Virus record (IMG/VR): IMGVR_UViG_3300007562_000007
Location: 1 to 40,280 of that record
Source of the DNA: a virus
Taxonomy: Duplodnaviria > Caudoviricetes
Direction: 5' to 3' (one strand)
Length of the DNA stretch: 40,280 nucleotides
In this document: one piece after another, positions 37,387 to 40,280 of the stretch
How the letters are laid out: each line of letters opens with the position of its first letter
Numbering within the stretch: the stretch's first letter is position 1
Position numbers and translations under genes: made by a program
Notes under the pieces: model-generated
Database searches by the model: none
Seen by the model: only the letters and a program-made list of their open reading frames with translations
What the model was told of the DNA's origin: nothing

Positions 37387-37813
37387 AATTTCTTTTTCCT
37401 TTATTATCAATAATTAATTTTTGCATCCTTGGATGCGATTGAGAGTAAACAGGAACTGATATGTGAATCCATCTATCATATTCCATGATCAACTGATCGT
37501 ATTTAATGTCTGATTCTACAATTGTTCTCATGACATCTGCAATTGGGAATCCTTTTATTCTGAAGTCTGCGGCACAGCCATAAACGTGCTGACTGTTCAA
37601 CTGACCACCGACCAACTTGTTTAAATCGTTTGATCTAAACCCAGAAGACACAGATATAGGTGCATTGAATAATGCTCTAACTTCTTCCAGCTTCATTGCC
37701 AGTCGTTGTAAGTTAACTCTGGTTGGGATATCAGGAATATTGGAGATACCCTTTCGAGTTGCTTCATCACTTTCGATCAATTCTTCTAAAGTAAAATGTT
37801 CTGACAATTGCAC
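37379..37813 (-). CDS. peptidase M15A family endolysin
   Basis: LSEHFTLEEL, SSGFRS..LN..VGG..NSQH..G.AAD and WIHIS zinc-binding motifs. Confidence 0.9.
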   Translation of the reverse strand: MQLSEHFTLEELIESDEATRKGISNIPDIPTRVNLQRLAMKLEEVRALFNAPISVSSGFRSNDLNKLVGGQLNSQHVYGCAADFRIKGFPIADVMRTIVESDIKYDQLIMEYDRWIHISVPVYSQSHPRMQKLIIDNKGKRNYG

Positions 37814-37814
37814 A

Positions 37815-37988
37815 TTAAGCCTCTGGTAAATATATTGGTTGACTATAACCCATACCTTTTAGCCAACTTTCAAATTGTTGTTGTTTCATACTTTCTATTT
37901 CAGCCTCAGAAAACACGATACCATCTGGTAAGTCTAATGTACCTTTGTAGATAGCGTTTCCTATAGACTTTTCAAAGTCAATGATCAT
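37815..37988 (-). CDS. 57-aa hypothetical protein (not in ORF track)
   Basis: GAGGA SD; MIIDFEKSIGNAIYKGTLDLPDGIVFSEAEIESMKQQQFESWLKGMGYSQPIYLPEA fills the gap exactly. Confidence 0.75.
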   Translation of the reverse strand: MIIDFEKSIGNAIYKGTLDLPDGIVFSEAEIESMKQQQFESWLKGMGYSQPIYLPEA

Positions 37989-37996
37989 AAATTCCT

Positions 37997-38914
37997 CTAA
38001 AACATAAAGAATGAGTTGCTTTTATTGGTCGGTGCTGCAGATAAATTATAACTAATTACAATAATACCTTGGCCTCCGTTGTGTGATACGATAGTACCAG
38101 CACCTCCACCTCCACCATACATACCACCAAATCCTGCACCACCTGAAGCACCTGCCCCTCCACCACCAGAGCCTGAACCTGCTGTAAAAAACGGGGATAC
38201 AGTTGATGTCCAGTAGTCTCCAGCCAAACCATCTACTTCACCAGTACTGCCTAGAACAAAACCCCCATCACCTGTACCTCCTGTACCACCACTGCCATTT
38301 CCTCCAGCGCCTCTTGGACCAGCAGCGCCACCGCCACCGCCTCCTGAAGCACCTGCACCTCCGGCATAACGTAACGTACCTAATGAATTAGTGATTGCAC
38401 CTCCAAGTCCACCAGTAGTACCATTTGCAGGAACTTTTCCATCATCAGCTCTACAAAAATAACCAGTTCTCAAAGCACTTGCAGATGTTTGCGTAGTATC
38501 TATTGTATAAGTACCTAAACCGCCTGTTCCAGTTCCTCTTGCAATCACTCTGGTATTATAAGTGGTACTGCCTTGAGTTGTTAAGCATAAACCGACATCA
38601 ATAACTCCACTATTGACTGAAGTTACAGTCATTGTAGTTCCTGATATTGATGCTGTAAACAATGCTGACCCTATGTATGCAGCATCAGCAACAGATGAAG
38701 GATCTGTTATCATATACTGCACAGTAGAATTTGGAGTTAATTGTACATTTATGTTTTTAGCGTAAGCTGCTCCACCACCAGCCGCTGTACCTGACAAAGG
38801 TGTTCCAGGGCCACCGGTACCAATAATCTCTATTGAGTTATTGTTGTTTGTCCAATCACTTGGAACAGTCCAATTAGCTAAAGCTCCTGGAGTAGTTAAA
38901 AATATTACAGGCAT
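37997..38914 (-). CDS. glycine-rich virion fibre/accessory protein
   Basis: WTVPSD...IEIIGTGG, GGGAAYAK, poly-G tracts, GGQGIIVISY; inserted FTASISGTTMTVTSV...GTGGLGTYT domain. Confidence 0.75.
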   Translation of the reverse strand: MPVIFLTTPGALANWTVPSDWTNNNNSIEIIGTGGPGTPLSGTAAGGGAAYAKNINVQLTPNSTVQYMITDPSSVADAAYIGSALFTASISGTTMTVTSVNSGVIDVGLCLTTQGSTTYNTRVIARGTGTGGLGTYTIDTTQTSASALRTGYFCRADDGKVPANGTTGGLGGAITNSLGTLRYAGGAGASGGGGGGAAGPRGAGGNGSGGTGGTGDGGFVLGSTGEVDGLAGDYWTSTVSPFFTAGSGSGGGGAGASGGAGFGGMYGGGGGAGTIVSHNGGQGIIVISYNLSAAPTNKSNSFFMF

Positions 38915-38915
38915 A

Positions 38916-39299
38916 TTAAGCCTCCTGAGCTACTGAAACTACATCCCATTTAGTATCTGTAGAATTATAGATACAACCTATATACATTAGTTTATTCGCA
39001 ACAGTTGTGGTTGGTAATGTTACACCAATTATTCTATAAATAGCATTCCAAGTTAAAGCTCTTGCTGTTCCATTATCTTTGATTCTAATGGTAAGCTTTT
39101 GGCCTTCTAATGGGGTACCTGTGGGTGCTGCAATGGTTGCAGCAGCAGCTAAAGCAGTTACACTATATTGGTCATCTATATCAATGGTAGGTGTTATTGT
39201 GGCTGAACTTGCAATTGAAGCAACTCTAGGCGTATTTCTTGCTGCCCCAGTATCATCTATGAAAGATGCAAACTTAGCTAAATTTCTTGATTGAGTCAT
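38916..39299 (-). CDS. virion fibre-associated beta-sandwich protein
   Basis: MTQSRNLA N-terminus; PTGTPLEGQKLTIRIKDNGTARALTWNAIY...KWDVVSVAQEA. Confidence 0.7.
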   Translation of the reverse strand: MTQSRNLAKFASFIDDTGAARNTPRVASIASSATITPTIDIDDQYSVTALAAAATIAAPTGTPLEGQKLTIRIKDNGTARALTWNAIYRIIGVTLPTTTVANKLMYIGCIYNSTDTKWDVVSVAQEA

Positions 39300-39508
39300 A
39301 TAATCACCTTACTTATTACTTCTACAATTCTATATAGATAAATATGATATTCTAAATCCAATTCTGATTCTGCATCAGCAATTGTGGCGAATCTATATGC
39401 ACTTAAAATATTCGTACTCCATCTATCACCGATAGGTATTTCGTGATTTTCGGTATACCACATATTATTGGTGGCATCCTGTATTAAATATTCTTTAAGT
39501 AATGCCAT
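39296..39508 (-). CDS. hypothetical protein
   Basis: 70-aa ORF coupled to both neighbours. Confidence 0.7.
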   Translation of the reverse strand: MALLKEYLIQDATNNMWYTENHEIPIGDRWSTNILSAYRFATIADAESELDLEYHIYLYRIVEVISKVII

Positions 39509-39510
39509 AA

Positions 39511-40280
39511 TTATAAGTCCGTTTCACAATACATGCGATTTAATGCAAATGTTTTAATACTTGCCGAAGTAGTTTGAAGCAATGTTTGCATATTTAAGAA
39601 CACAGTATTTGCAGGTAAATTAGTTGTAACATTGTTTAAAGTAAATAATGTTGCTCCAGTGATTGCATTTTTAATATGAAAAGATACGCTTTGAGAGTTT
39701 GGCGCAGAGTGCATATAAAAATCTAAAATATTACCTGCAGTTACGACAATACCTGTATCATACTTGGTCACAGTAGTAGCACTTCTGGTTATGATGAACC
39801 AGTTTGTATCGGCAGAATCTTTACCTATTGCAATTGTATTTACCAGTGTAGAAGGTTCAGCTGCCAAAGTTGCAGTATTTGCGCTCAAACCCACCATAGC
39901 TCTGAATGTACCTGTTCCAGACTCCAATCCAAATCTTGAAAAGAAAAAGAATCCACCTAATCCAGCAGCATTTCCTAACCAAGCTACAGAGGCTGCTGAT
40001 ACAATACCGCTGGCTGTATTATTTGTTGCTGTTGTGGAAAATGTAGCCCTATTCATACTTGTTATTGCAGAAGTGGAAGCCTTTGTTGGATGTGCCTGTG
40101 CGCCAGCATTATTTATTGCTGTAAATGAAGTACCCCAGTTTATTGCCAATGTAGTACCTGTACCGGCCAACCACATGTAAGTAGAATTTCCATAAAGAGA
40201 CGCTTGTAAATTGAAGTCTACACCACTCGGGCCCATGGCAGACGGTAACATCTTACCTGCATGATTTTCTGCAAAAAGAA
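39511..40280 (-). CDS. lectin/beta-sandwich-like virion protein, 5' end beyond window
   Basis: frame stays open to the window edge (LFAENHAGK before the track's M); T/A/N-rich beta content. Confidence 0.7.
   Translation of the reverse strand, partial: LFAENHAGKMLPSAMGPSGVDFNLQASLYGNSTYMWLAGTGTTLAINWGTSFTAINNAGAQAHPTKASTSAITSMNRATFSTTATNNTASGIVSAASVAWLGNAAGLGGFFFFSRFGLESGTGTFRAMVGLSANTATLAAEPSTLVNTIAIGKDSADTNWFIITRSATTVTKYDTGIVVTAGNILDFYMHSAPNSQSVSFHIKNAITGATLFTLNNVTTNLPANTVFLNMQTLLQTTSASIKTFALNRMYCETDL

Overview
AT-rich, gene-dense segment of a long-tailed (siphovirus-type) bacteriophage genome, with essentially all genes on the minus strand. In transcription order (right to left) it carries: virion-accessory/fibre-like genes, an M15A peptidase endolysin, portal, two micro-ORFs, a 1558-aa protein fusing a MuF (SPP1 gp7-like) head domain to a T7-type single-subunit RNA polymerase with all catalytic motifs present, scaffold, major capsid, three head-tail joining genes, two paralogous tail-tube genes, a G/GT tail chaperone with a GGGAAAG -1 frameshift site, tape measure, Dit, hub, and a 3169-aa tail-tip protein with nested repeat domains. 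An accessory block follows: a Q/N-rich protein with an in-frame acidic extension, a secreted HNH, holin-like and lipoprotein genes, GNAT, SleB-like hydrolase and a triple Zn-ribbon protein. The most striking system is the probably virion-packaged MuF-RNAP, together with an exact 19-bp intergenic repeat (2271-2289 and 30180-30198) that is a candidate for its promoter. All calls come from reading motifs by eye; no searches were run. No terminase, integrase, tRNA, rRNA or CRISPR array was seen.
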